Shown here piece after piece: positions 8,831 through 16,789 of a DNA stretch of 28,392 nt. This DNA comes from a bacterium (lineage in GTDB: Bacteria; Patescibacteriota; Patescibacteriia; Patescibacteriales; GWE2-39-37), in contig JAJYMT010000069.1 in the NCBI GenBank assembly GCA_021786695.1, positions 1-28,392 of the forward strand. The letters run 5' to 3'. The notes beneath the pieces are model-generated. The model searched no databases. It had not been told where the DNA came from and worked only from the letters and a program-made list of their open reading frames with translations. Each line of letters begins with the position of its first letter. Positions within the stretch are counted from its first letter, which is position 1. Position numbers and translations under genes: made by a program.

Positions 8831-8872
8831 TCTCGACACCCGACCTCGATGCATCGAGGTCGGGTGTCGAGA
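8831..8872. repeat. Perfect 42-bp palindrome in the alaS leader
   Basis: TCTCGACACCCGACCTCGATG|CATCGAGGTCGGGTGTCGAGA with no spacer. Confidence 0.95.
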
Positions 8873-8903
8873 GCCCAAATATCAAAGTAAATCATATTGG
8901 AAA

Positions 8904-8932
8904 ATTATAAATTATTTAAGCGATTTTGGCAA
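8904..8932 (-). promoter_or_regulatory. alaS promoter TTGCCA-N17-TATAAT
   Basis: -35 at 8927-8932, -10 at 8904-8909. Confidence 0.8.
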
Positions 8933-8945
8933 CCTCCAAGAAATG

Positions 8946-8974
8946 AAAAACCCCGCCACACTGGTGCGGCGGGG
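8946..8974 (-). terminator. Intrinsic terminator ending the 9640-8946 unit
   Basis: Minus-strand RNA CCCCGCCGCAC-CA-GUGUGGCGGGG-UUUUU. Confidence 0.85.
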
Positions 8975-9035
8975 TGTCCTGTTGTTTCGCGCGGTTCTTC
9001 GCGATCAGGCGGTCAGGGCATCCGCCGATTCTGTT

Positions 9036-9089
9036 TCATTGCGTCTTGTTCTCCCGCGCTCCGGCGGAGTACTTTAGCCGTTGCACCAT
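9036..9089 (-). CDS. Candidate micro-ORF, 17 aa (MVQRLKYSAGARENKTQ)
   Basis: AAGGAGG at 9094-9100 spaced 4 nt from the ATG; too short to assess further. Confidence 0.3.
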   Translation of the reverse strand: MVQRLKYSAGARENKTQ

Positions 9090-9155
9090 CGTCCCTCCTT
9101 TCGGTGCGATGATCGCCGGCACGGCCGTTGCCGGCCGACGCGCCGCTCGGCAGCT

Positions 9156-9281
9156 TCAGGTCCGCTCGTGCCCCCGTCCCTGGGACTTCTTCCGCCCGTC
9201 GATCTCGACCTTCTTCATCTCGACCTTCTCCGTCCGCCGGGTGTAGGTGTGCGACCTGCACGGTCGACCTCTCGAGGTCAT
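9156..9281 (-). CDS. Candidate small basic protein, 41 aa (MTSRGRPCRSHTYTRRTEKVEMKKVEIDGRKKSQGRGHERT)
   Basis: GGAGAAGGGGG upstream of the ATG; codons mostly end in G or C like the GC-rich genes here; not in the ORF track. Confidence 0.45.
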   Translation of the reverse strand: MTSRGRPCRSHTYTRRTEKVEMKKVEIDGRKKSQGRGHERT

Positions 9282-9284
9282 GGC

Positions 9285-9640
9285 GCCCCCTTCTCCCGTC
9301 ATCTCGATGACGAGTGCCAGTCAGCGGTTTCGGACCGTCGGGTCCGTCGTACCCCGGGCTTCTGTCGAAGCCGGGAAGTCAAAACGCTACAGCGCCGGAA
9401 TGTGGGATGGTCGCCCCTGTTATCCGGCAAGGATGCGGAGCCGTAGCCCCTAAGATCCCCAAAAGGGCCTTCTTGGTCCGGAGACAGCCGGGTCTGTTTA
9501 CTTCATTCCCCGTTAACCGAAGTGGGTCAACATCATCTGCATAGGCACGTGTCCTTTCCCTGAAGGGTTTGGTCTCGGGTTGACCGAAAGTGCGCTTGAG
9601 AGCATCCCGTATTATTTGCCCCCGGTTGCGGGAAGATGTC
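9285..9640 (-). ncRNA. Candidate structured RNA or long structured leader (no known family recognised)
   Basis: About 350 nt without a credible ORF downstream of an extended -10 promoter; dense hairpins (UUCCCG-CAAC-CGGGGG, GGUC..GACC, GUUGACC..GGUUAAC with AC-UUCG-GU, CCCGGCUUC-GACA-GAAGCCCGGG, GGACC-CGAC-GGUCC, CGUCAUC..GAUGACG). Confidence 0.45.
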
Positions 9641-9643
9641 TAT

Positions 9644-9652
9644 AGTATAGCA
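9644..9652 (-). promoter_or_regulatory. Extended -10 promoter TGcTATACT
   Basis: Read directly on the minus strand; no good -35 hexamer. Confidence 0.6.
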
Positions 9653-9690
9653 TATTACGCCGGAATTTCCAGCCGGTACGGCCCGGCAGA

Positions 9691-9846
9691 TCAGCGGGGC
9701 AACGACTCGATGGCGGCCGGCTTTGGCAGCGTCTTTCTGATGCCGCATTCGAGTCCGAAGCAGATGGCGCCGCCCACGATAAAAATGAGTATGCCATAGG
9801 TGACGTATTTCGCGATCGGATGCTTCTCCTTCTCTTCCCTATTCAA
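9691..9846 (-). CDS. Small single-pass membrane protein, 51 aa (absent from the ORF track)
   Basis: TTG start overlapping the upstream TGA, AAGGAGG at 9852-9858; MNREEKEKHPIAKYVTYGILIFIVGGAICFGLECGIRKTLPKPAAIESLPR*. Confidence 0.75.
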   Translation of the reverse strand: MNREEKEKHPIAKYVTYGILIFIVGGAICFGLECGIRKTLPKPAAIESLPR

Positions 9847-10301
9847 TGCCGCCTCCTTGATCTCCGCTCGTATTTTCTCCAGACGTTTGCGAGCAGCTCG
9901 TTGTGATCGTACTTTTCCACGAACTGCCGAAATTTCTGGAGGAACTCCGTCGGCCAGGGCTCGCGCCGGTCCCAGCCGTCAATATGCGCAAATCGCACCG
10001 TCTCGACGCGGCCGAACGGATCGTAATCGACAGCGATCCTGATAGACCAGTAGCCGAAGGCGCCGGCCGGCAAAAACCGGATCGTGGGATAGTGGATGGT
10101 GAATTGTTTCTGTTTGTTCGCCCAGTCGATGAACCGGTTGAGCAGCAGTTCGAGCATCAGGTTGAAATATTCGTCGGAAAATTCGATCCGCTTCCTTTTG
10201 CGGCTGAAAAATTCCTTCAGATCGGCGACCGTGTACTCGGCGGCCGGCTGGCTTGCCACCGACAAGCGCTCGCAACTTTGCGCTGATTTCTCTGATTTCA
10301 A
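9843..10301 (-). CDS. Hypothetical soluble protein (152 aa)
   Basis: TTG start with AAGGAGG at 10310-10316, directly after the mnmA stop; no family recognised. Confidence 0.75.
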   Translation of the reverse strand: MKSEKSAQSCERLSVASQPAAEYTVADLKEFFSRKRKRIEFSDEYFNLMLELLLNRFIDWANKQKQFTIHYPTIRFLPAGAFGYWSIRIAVDYDPFGRVETVRFAHIDGWDRREPWPTEFLQKFRQFVEKYDHNELLANVWRKYERRSRRRH

Positions 10302-10320
10302 GGAACGTTCCTCCTTATTG

Positions 10321-11412
10321 TTATTTTAACTGCTTGTCGATTATTCCTCCGCCTAAGACCTCATTTCCTTTATAGAATACCACGCTCTGGCCTGCGGTGA
10401 CCGCCCGCTGCGGTTTAGTGAATTTCACCGACAGTCCGCCGGACGGATTTTTCTTTATATCACAAGTGACCGCCGGATGTCTATACCGGATCACCGCCTG
10501 CGCCCGCAGGGGCAGTTTCGGCTCGCCGTTGATCCAGTTCACCTCGCGCGCGACAAGGTCTTTCCGGAAAAGCGCCTTGTCCTCTTTTTCGGAAACCACG
10601 AACAGGGTGTTGGTTTCAAAATCGCATTTCGCCACATAGAACGGCCCGATGCCCCCGATCTCCACGCCTTTTCTTTGGCCGATAGTATAGAGCGGCAATC
10701 CCTGGTGTTTCCCGATTACGCGCCCGTCCATGGTCTTGATCTCGCCCGGGATTAATTTCAGATGCCGTTTCAGAAATTCGTTATGGGTGCGCTCCGGAAT
10801 GAAGCAGATCTCCTGGCTTTCCGGTTTTTCGGCCACCCCTAAACCGGCCTTTCCGGCGATTTCCCTTACCTGCGTTTTCGTAAGGTCGGAGAGCGGAAAG
10901 AGGATTTTTTTCAGATTGTCCTGGTTCAGATTGTACAAAAAATAGGTCTGATCCTTGGCCTTGTCCTTGGGCCGCGTCAATTTGATGGAATCGCCTTGCC
11001 GTTTCATTCCGGCATAATGGCCGGTGGCGATGAAATCGGCGCGCAAGCCGTTGGCCTTCTCGATCAATAGATCGAACTTGATGTATTTGTTGCAATTGAC
11101 GCAAGGATTCGGCGTCTCACCCGCGCCGTAGCCGGCGATGAATTCGTCCACCACCAATTTCTTGAACGGCAGATCGAAGTTGACCGTATAGATCGGGAAG
11201 CCGAGATGCTGCGCCACCCGCCGCGCGTCATTGAATGAGGCGACCGAACAGCATTTATTGGTCACTTCCGATTCGCCCGAAAGCGTCTCGGCCCAAAAAT
11301 GCATGAAGATGCCGAGCACCTCATAGCCCTGTTTTTGGAGTAGATAGGCCGCGACCGAGGAGTCCACCCCGCCCGACATCGCGACGATTACTTTTGGTTT
11401 TTTGACCGCCAT
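10321..11412 (-). CDS. mnmA: tRNA 2-thiouridine synthase MnmA
   Basis: 'AMSGGVDSSVAA', 'TPNPCVNCNKYIKF', 'ATGHYA', 'KDQTYFL', 'ESQEICF', 'GQRKG', 'QRAVTAGQSVVFY'. Confidence 0.98.
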   Translation of the reverse strand: MAVKKPKVIVAMSGGVDSSVAAYLLQKQGYEVLGIFMHFWAETLSGESEVTNKCCSVASFNDARRVAQHLGFPIYTVNFDLPFKKLVVDEFIAGYGAGETPNPCVNCNKYIKFDLLIEKANGLRADFIATGHYAGMKRQGDSIKLTRPKDKAKDQTYFLYNLNQDNLKKILFPLSDLTKTQVREIAGKAGLGVAEKPESQEICFIPERTHNEFLKRHLKLIPGEIKTMDGRVIGKHQGLPLYTIGQRKGVEIGGIGPFYVAKCDFETNTLFVVSEKEDKALFRKDLVAREVNWINGEPKLPLRAQAVIRYRHPAVTCDIKKNPSGGLSVKFTKPQRAVTAGQSVVFYKGNEVLGGGIIDKQLK

Positions 11413-11426
11413 TTTTAAATCCTAGC

Positions 11427-11459
11427 AAAAACTGCCGGATCATTCAATCCGGCAGTTTT
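11427..11459 (-). terminator. Terminator at the end of the SipW/TasA cluster
   Basis: AAAACTGCCGGAT/ATCCGGCAGTTTT, a 13-bp inverted repeat. Confidence 0.8.
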
Positions 11460-11471
11460 GATCGATTGTGC

Positions 11472-12389
11472 CTATTTGATGATCTTATATTGTTCGATGA
11501 CCGCCCATCCTACGTCATAGATTTTTTTATTCCTGTATTTCCGCAGTTCTTTCAGGGTTTTTATCAGTTTCAATTTACCGCCCGTGACCAGGTAGATTTT
11601 TTTATTGGGCGCGCGCAACAAACTGCCGTTCGGATAGCGCTTGACGCCCAACACCTGTTCCTTCGCGCAGTTTCTTTTGAACGATCGGACTTGTTTGTCG
11701 GTAAAACGGCAAAGGGCGGGCGAACTGTAGGTCTTGGAACAATATTGAAGCCCGTCGACGCAGGCCGTCTGCCAAACTTGGCAGTAGGCGGTTTCACAGT
11801 CGCTTGGAACGGATGACGGCTGGGCATTGTCGGAAAGGAAGGCCGAGGGGCCGAAGGCCAGTCCCGAATTCGAGCCGCCGCCCGCGAACCCGTTTGCCGC
11901 CAGTCCGGCGGGCGCCTGCCCGTCGGTGAATCCGACCAAAAGATCGAAAGTCAACGACTTGCTCATATAAACGGCGCCGGCCTGCGCTTTGAAAACGACG
12001 TAGAAATCGTATTGGACGGTCTCGCCGGGATTGATCGAGGACAAGACCACCTCGCCGGCGTTAAGAAAATCCGCCAGGGTCTTGCTGTAGACCACCACCC
12101 CGCTCTTTTGAATGACGAAATACATCTGGCCGCCCAGGGTCTCGGGATCGGAAAAATTACTTACTTTGGCCGCCGCGGTGCGTACGCTTTGCGTTGAGTT
12201 TCTGACCCTCACCCAGCGGGCGATCGACTGCCCCGGAAGAAAATTCACTTCCTTGAACAAAGGACTGCTCTCAAAAATGATATTCGGATCGATGGCGCCG
12301 GCCTGCGGATCGTTGCCGAACACAATGAGCGCCGCTAAAAAAGCGCCCAGGATCAATATCGATTTTTTTGCTTTGGATCTGGTATGCAT
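11472..12389 (-). CDS. Exported TasA-like protein with a Cys-rich segment and basic C-terminal module
   Basis: Signal-like N-terminus; 'LFKEVNFLPGQSIARWVRVRN' resembles the TasA core; six Cys; C-terminal 'YPNGSLLRAPNKKIYLVTGGK'; start taken at MHTRS (12389). Confidence 0.6.
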   Translation of the reverse strand: MHTRSKAKKSILILGAFLAALIVFGNDPQAGAIDPNIIFESSPLFKEVNFLPGQSIARWVRVRNSTQSVRTAAAKVSNFSDPETLGGQMYFVIQKSGVVVYSKTLADFLNAGEVVLSSINPGETVQYDFYVVFKAQAGAVYMSKSLTFDLLVGFTDGQAPAGLAANGFAGGGSNSGLAFGPSAFLSDNAQPSSVPSDCETAYCQVWQTACVDGLQYCSKTYSSPALCRFTDKQVRSFKRNCAKEQVLGVKRYPNGSLLRAPNKKIYLVTGGKLKLIKTLKELRKYRNKKIYDVGWAVIEQYKIIK

Positions 12390-12393
12390 ATTT

Positions 12394-14682
12394 TTAGCCC
12401 CCCGAACCGGTTTCCGGAGCCGGCGGAGCATCGGGTAAAATTATTTCCGGCGGATTGGTGGCCGGCGGCGGATCGGTAAGTTTAAGATCGACCGGTTTTT
12501 CCGGCGCGGCCGGCGGCGGATCGGCCGGCGGCGGAAGTGCGGCGCCGTCTGACGGCGTAGTCGTCGCGGCCGGCCCTAAATCAGCGGCCGGAGATTCAAC
12601 CGGCGTCGTGGTCGAGATTACGGCCGGATTGTCGCTTCCGTTTCCGGCCGCAACGGCCGGTGGCGCCGGTTCGACATAGCCATCTTCCCCGACTTCCGGC
12701 AAAGCCGGGCCGAATGCGGCCTCGGCGCCGCTGGCTGAATTTTCCGCGCCTGGCGTCGGTATCGGATCGACCCAGTTGGCCGAGCCGTCCGGAATACGGG
12801 CGAAGGACTTGCCCTCGGGCGCGTTGCCGGTATAGGCGTAGGAATCGATCAGGGCCGCACCGCCCGAAATCGGGCCGTCAAACAGGCGCACGGCATCGCC
12901 ACCGGTATTGTTCAGGGCGAAATCGGCGTCGCCGTTGCGGTAAACCACCAAAAATCCGCCGGGAGCGACAATGGTTGCTCCGCTATCCGTGTTAGCGGCG
13001 GAAATCAAGAGTTCGTGCGAATCGGAATTATCATAAAGTTTCCAGCCGTTGACATCGACCGAACTGCCGCCGCTGTTATAAAGCTCGACCCATTCCCCGC
13101 CCGGTTTTTGCGCGTTATCGGCGCCAGCCGGATTGGGCAAGAATTCGTTGATGACTACTTTGCCGGCGGCCGGCTCGTTTGGACAAATGACGGTGCTTTG
13201 CGCAGTTACCCAGGCGCTCCAATCGGTCTGGTTCGACCAGAATTTGGCTTGGTTGACCAGCGCCGAACCGCACTTGATGGGATTACAGCCGCCGCTCGCC
13301 GGCACTTTCAATTTAAAATCGATCTCGATCAGCGGGTCGTCCGGGTAGACGCTGCCGAAGTTCCATTCGAAGAATCCGCTCGATTTGGTGGTGTAATTCG
13401 GCTGGCGGGTCGAGGCGTAGCTTATATATTCGAGCGACGAGGGATAGTAATCATGGATGCGCACGCCGCCGCCGGTGCAGACCTTGGTGCCGTAGTTGTC
13501 AAGCGTCAGATGATAGGTGAGTACCTCGCCGGGCGCGGCTTCGGTCTTGTCGACCGTCTTGGTCAGCCGAAGCGCGCAGGAATCGGGGGGCGGAGGCGGT
13601 TCGCAGGAGCAGATGCGGACAAAGACCGCGATGTTTACGCCTTCCAAAAGATTTTTCATCGCTTCCATTTCCGCGTTCGAGGGCGGTATGACCTGCCGCA
13701 ACATGTCGTCAGCCGCGGCGACGATCGCGTCCAGATCGCGGGTCTCGCCCGGCGGAACGTAAGCGTCGATATGAAAATTAAGGATGTTGAATTTCATCGC
13801 CAATAACTGTTTTTTCAATTTATTCCGCATGATGCTGTCGGTGGCGGTAAAAATCTGATTGACCTTGGTCTGGGTGTTGATGACAACGTCCGTACCGGTG
13901 GCGCTTCCGTCGGGGGCGGTGGTGGTCGCGCCCATGGAGACCGGCAGAAGCGGCAGATAGACCTCCGGGTGCGTCTTCCAGTAGCCGTATGAGCGGACTT
14001 CGAAATCCTGGCAATAGGGCGCTTGAATTGCAGTCGGCGAGTTTTCAAAATCGGAAAAGCCGGTGGGAAACGCAAGGTCGTGCCGCGTTTGCGCTCCTTG
14101 AAAGTCGAAGGTGAACTGGCAGGTCTCCCCGGCAAATTCCGGCGGCGTAGTCGTGGCGAAAGACAAGTCAAAGGTCCAGTCGGACGGGTCGCTGTACAAA
14201 GTGAGCGCGCCGGTAAAATTTTTGGCCGGACCGGTATATTTCAGCTCGCCGTTCAGGCGCGCCTCCAAATTTACATAATCGCAGGCCGCGCCGGTTAGGT
14301 TGCCGGTGCTCGCGCGGTAATGCATCGGATTGCCCGGGTTGGTGATGCTGATGGTTTTTCTGAGCGGCCTGTCCGGCGGCACGCAGATGGAACTGGTTGA
14401 AACCTGGGTGGTAAGCGAGAAATCGAGTACACCGGCGTTGAACTCATTATTTTGCGCCCCTTCCCGGTCCGACAAATAGGCGGCCGTGCCGCCGATGCCG
14501 CGCATCAGCATGGCAGTCATGGTGCAAAGCACCAGCACGGAAATCAGACGCAGCCGGGGCTTGCCGGAAAAGCCGAAAACGGGCGCGTCGAAATCCGCTC
14601 CGTTGATCCTCGGCGCGTTTTTGTCCAGCAAGAATCGGCTGAACCCGGCCTGATGCTTAAATTTTCGGCTGTTGGCTTTCAT
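12394..14682 (-). CDS. SipW-cognate secreted protein with DUF11-like and lamin-tail domains and a Pro-rich tail
   Basis: 'GTAAYLSDRE...NEFNAGVLDF' SipW-type motif; 'LTKTVDKTEAAPGEVLTYHLTLDN' (DUF11-like); 'VVINEFLPNPAGAD...EWVELYN...VDVNGWKLYD' (lamin-tail domain). Confidence 0.8.
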   Translation of the reverse strand: MKANSRKFKHQAGFSRFLLDKNAPRINGADFDAPVFGFSGKPRLRLISVLVLCTMTAMLMRGIGGTAAYLSDREGAQNNEFNAGVLDFSLTTQVSTSSICVPPDRPLRKTISITNPGNPMHYRASTGNLTGAACDYVNLEARLNGELKYTGPAKNFTGALTLYSDPSDWTFDLSFATTTPPEFAGETCQFTFDFQGAQTRHDLAFPTGFSDFENSPTAIQAPYCQDFEVRSYGYWKTHPEVYLPLLPVSMGATTTAPDGSATGTDVVINTQTKVNQIFTATDSIMRNKLKKQLLAMKFNILNFHIDAYVPPGETRDLDAIVAAADDMLRQVIPPSNAEMEAMKNLLEGVNIAVFVRICSCEPPPPPDSCALRLTKTVDKTEAAPGEVLTYHLTLDNYGTKVCTGGGVRIHDYYPSSLEYISYASTRQPNYTTKSSGFFEWNFGSVYPDDPLIEIDFKLKVPASGGCNPIKCGSALVNQAKFWSNQTDWSAWVTAQSTVICPNEPAAGKVVINEFLPNPAGADNAQKPGGEWVELYNSGGSSVDVNGWKLYDNSDSHELLISAANTDSGATIVAPGGFLVVYRNGDADFALNNTGGDAVRLFDGPISGGAALIDSYAYTGNAPEGKSFARIPDGSANWVDPIPTPGAENSASGAEAAFGPALPEVGEDGYVEPAPPAVAAGNGSDNPAVISTTTPVESPAADLGPAATTTPSDGAALPPPADPPPAAPEKPVDLKLTDPPPATNPPEIILPDAPPAPETGSGG

Positions 14683-15196
14683 TTAGTTTCGCTTGTTTTA
14701 TCTTTTTCATCTCGTCCCTGATTTTTTTCGCTTCGTCAAAGATAACCAAGAGCGCCGGAATGATGATGATCAGGGCGAAGCCGTAGGGTTTTTTGGCGGT
14801 GTTGATGATATAGCCGGCATACGGAACCGTCAGAAATTCTTTGCCCACGATTTCGTTCTGCCGCACCTCCCGGAGATCGACCGCGTTGTTGGCGTCGCCC
14901 TTGGTAACATAGGTCAGGCCGGTCGGGCCGTTCTTGATCTCATTTATCCGGTGCGTGGTCGGAGTATCCCGTCTTGAAATTTTACCAAAGGTAATGACGT
15001 CGCCGACTTTATATTCAGATACTGGTTTTACGACTACGATACTGCCGGTGTGGATCGCCGGCTCCATCGAACCGGACAGCACCGCCAGCACCTTGAAGTT
15101 GCCGGTGATCGGGAAAACGGAAATCAGCAAAAGAACCGCGATGACCGCGATAACGGTGATGAACAGATAGTAGATGATATTGAATGCTTTGTTCAT
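14657..15196 (-). CDS. sipW: Signal peptidase I, SipW/ER type (S26B)
   Basis: 'VLSGSMEPAI' (catalytic Ser), 'THRI' (His), 'TKGDANN..D', N- and C-terminal membrane anchors; start taken at MNKAF. Confidence 0.93.
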   Translation of the reverse strand: MNKAFNIIYYLFITVIAVIAVLLLISVFPITGNFKVLAVLSGSMEPAIHTGSIVVVKPVSEYKVGDVITFGKISRRDTPTTHRINEIKNGPTGLTYVTKGDANNAVDLREVRQNEIVGKEFLTVPYAGYIINTAKKPYGFALIIIIPALLVIFDEAKKIRDEMKKIKQAKLNESQQPKI

Positions 15197-15318
15197 TGAT
15201 GATAAATAATTTTTCAAACCCTCATTCGGCCGCCCCAACCGCCTGCCGGCGGATGAGACGGCCTCAAAGATTTTGACTTCTCAAAAACTTTTATGCCTTA
15301 GGGACTCCTAAGAGATCA

Positions 15319-16725
15319 TTACGGATTCTGCTGGTTGGTGATATGGCAGACGATGGTCTCGCCTTCGTTCAGCGTAATCGAGCCGCCCAAATTGGTCGGA
15401 CAGAGCTGGCCATAGCTTGAGACGCCGGTGATCGGCCCGACAAAGTGATAGCCGGTGCGTCCGCCTTCATTGATCGTATGAGCCGCATTCGAACTGACCG
15501 ACACCGAAGTATTGTTCGGCACCAGGTTGCCGTCGATCTCCAAACCGAAGAAAGACGGATCCGCCGGACCGATGACGTGTTTGACCAGGGTGATGTTCGG
15601 TTGCAGATCGTTGTTGACGATCTTGCAGGCCTTGTTATCGCCCTCCGCCAGTGTCACTTGGCCGACCCCGTTGCAATCAAAGCCCGGGGCAAAAGTGCCG
15701 ACGTACCCCTGCACGCCGGTTTCGGCCACAGTGTAGTTGCCGACCGGCACCACCGTCGGAACGCCGGAGGTGACCGCGATGGTATTCACGCCGTCATCGA
15801 CGAACAGATGGAAGTCGCTGACGATATGGTTGCCGCCGAAGTTGTTCACCACTTGTTTGGTGACGGTGATCGTTGCCAGCCGTTGCTCCTTGCCGCAGGT
15901 GTAGCGCGGATTGTGCCGCGCCTGCATCGCCCGGAAGGCGATGTTCATCGTCACGCCGTCGGTCTGGGTCTCGTTGCCGAGCGCCCTGCCGTCGCAACTG
16001 ACGCCGGAACCGCGCACCAGCGGACCGTTAGAACTATTCGGCAGTTTGCCCTCGCCGTCTTGCGCTACGCGGGCCTCGGCCATATTGCCGAAGCACCAGG
16101 CCTTACCGATGTAATAATCCTTGCCGCCCACCGCCGGACCCAACTGGTTCGGCGTCCAGACGTTGGTGGTCGAGTCAACCAGATCCGCGGAAAAGGATTT
16201 GCCTTCGCCGAAAAATTGTTTGACCGTCTTTACCCCGCCGTTCAGGAGCGGTTCGCCTTCTTCCAGCACGTTGTCGCCGTCATCGGCCCACCAGATCATC
16301 CGCACGTTGTCGGCGAGTTCGCCGTCCCAGGTGTTGTTGACGTCTTCCGGCGCGTCGCCGGTCAAGAGCTCCGGCTCGGTCGATGATCGGTCGTCGTTTG
16401 AGGTGAGCGCCATATCCATACAGAGCCAGGCGTCGTTATTATTGACGTGTAGCGAGATGGTGTCCTCGCCTTCGTCGTCCGGCTTCAAGTCGGTGAAATT
16501 GATGAGCAGCTTCCCGTCATCCAGGTCGCTCGGACCGAAAGTCGTGGCTTCGGAGATCGCGCCATTGTAATAGCTTTCGTTGTCGACTTTCAAGTCGATG
16601 GCGCCGGCGGTGAAGGTGTTGCCGACCGAGGCCTCGGTGTCGCCCAAAAAGGCGACGGTGCCCGATATCGCCACTACCGCGATAATACTTAAGATTATCC
16701 CAAGGCTTATCGTTATTTTTTTCAT
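15319..16725 (-). CDS. TasA/camelysin-family protein with C-terminal prealbumin-like repeats
   Basis: 'SGTVAFLGDTEASVGNTFTAGAIDLKVD'; two 'ITVTK/ITLVK..C.I.N' repeats; start taken at MKKITISL. Confidence 0.85.
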   Translation of the reverse strand: MKKITISLGIILSIIAVVAISGTVAFLGDTEASVGNTFTAGAIDLKVDNESYYNGAISEATTFGPSDLDDGKLLINFTDLKPDDEGEDTISLHVNNNDAWLCMDMALTSNDDRSSTEPELLTGDAPEDVNNTWDGELADNVRMIWWADDGDNVLEEGEPLLNGGVKTVKQFFGEGKSFSADLVDSTTNVWTPNQLGPAVGGKDYYIGKAWCFGNMAEARVAQDGEGKLPNSSNGPLVRGSGVSCDGRALGNETQTDGVTMNIAFRAMQARHNPRYTCGKEQRLATITVTKQVVNNFGGNHIVSDFHLFVDDGVNTIAVTSGVPTVVPVGNYTVAETGVQGYVGTFAPGFDCNGVGQVTLAEGDNKACKIVNNDLQPNITLVKHVIGPADPSFFGLEIDGNLVPNNTSVSVSSNAAHTINEGGRTGYHFVGPITGVSSYGQLCPTNLGGSITLNEGETIVCHITNQQNP

Positions 16726-16789
16726 ATAGGCCTTGCCCGCTTCTCCGCCTCTTCGGCGGACTAAGCAGGGATTAAGCACTTAGGATAAA

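Noticed and set aside
8790-8885. N-terminal extension of AlaRS
   Set aside because: It is a translation of the palindrome-containing leader; the conserved N-terminus begins at 8789
9013-9261. 82-aa ORF from the track as the real gene
   Set aside because: GTG start without SD and a composition typical of an off-frame read; the 41-aa frame has an ATG, SD and better codon pattern. A frameshifted ancestral gene is not excluded
9545-9610. Glycine riboswitch (AAACCCUUCAGGGAAAGGAC resembles the aptamer 3' end)
   Set aside because: The upstream GGAGA and CCGAAG elements are missing and no glycine-related gene follows
9595-9625. c-di-GMP-I riboswitch (GGCAAA...GGGAUGC)
   Set aside because: No GAAA-capped stem or second stem with the required spacing
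8946-9640. RNase P RNA, tmRNA, SRP RNA or group II intron
   Set aside because: None of their hallmark motifs (GAGGAAAGUCC, tRNA-like CCA end, GGAAGGAAGCAG, domain V) found on either strand
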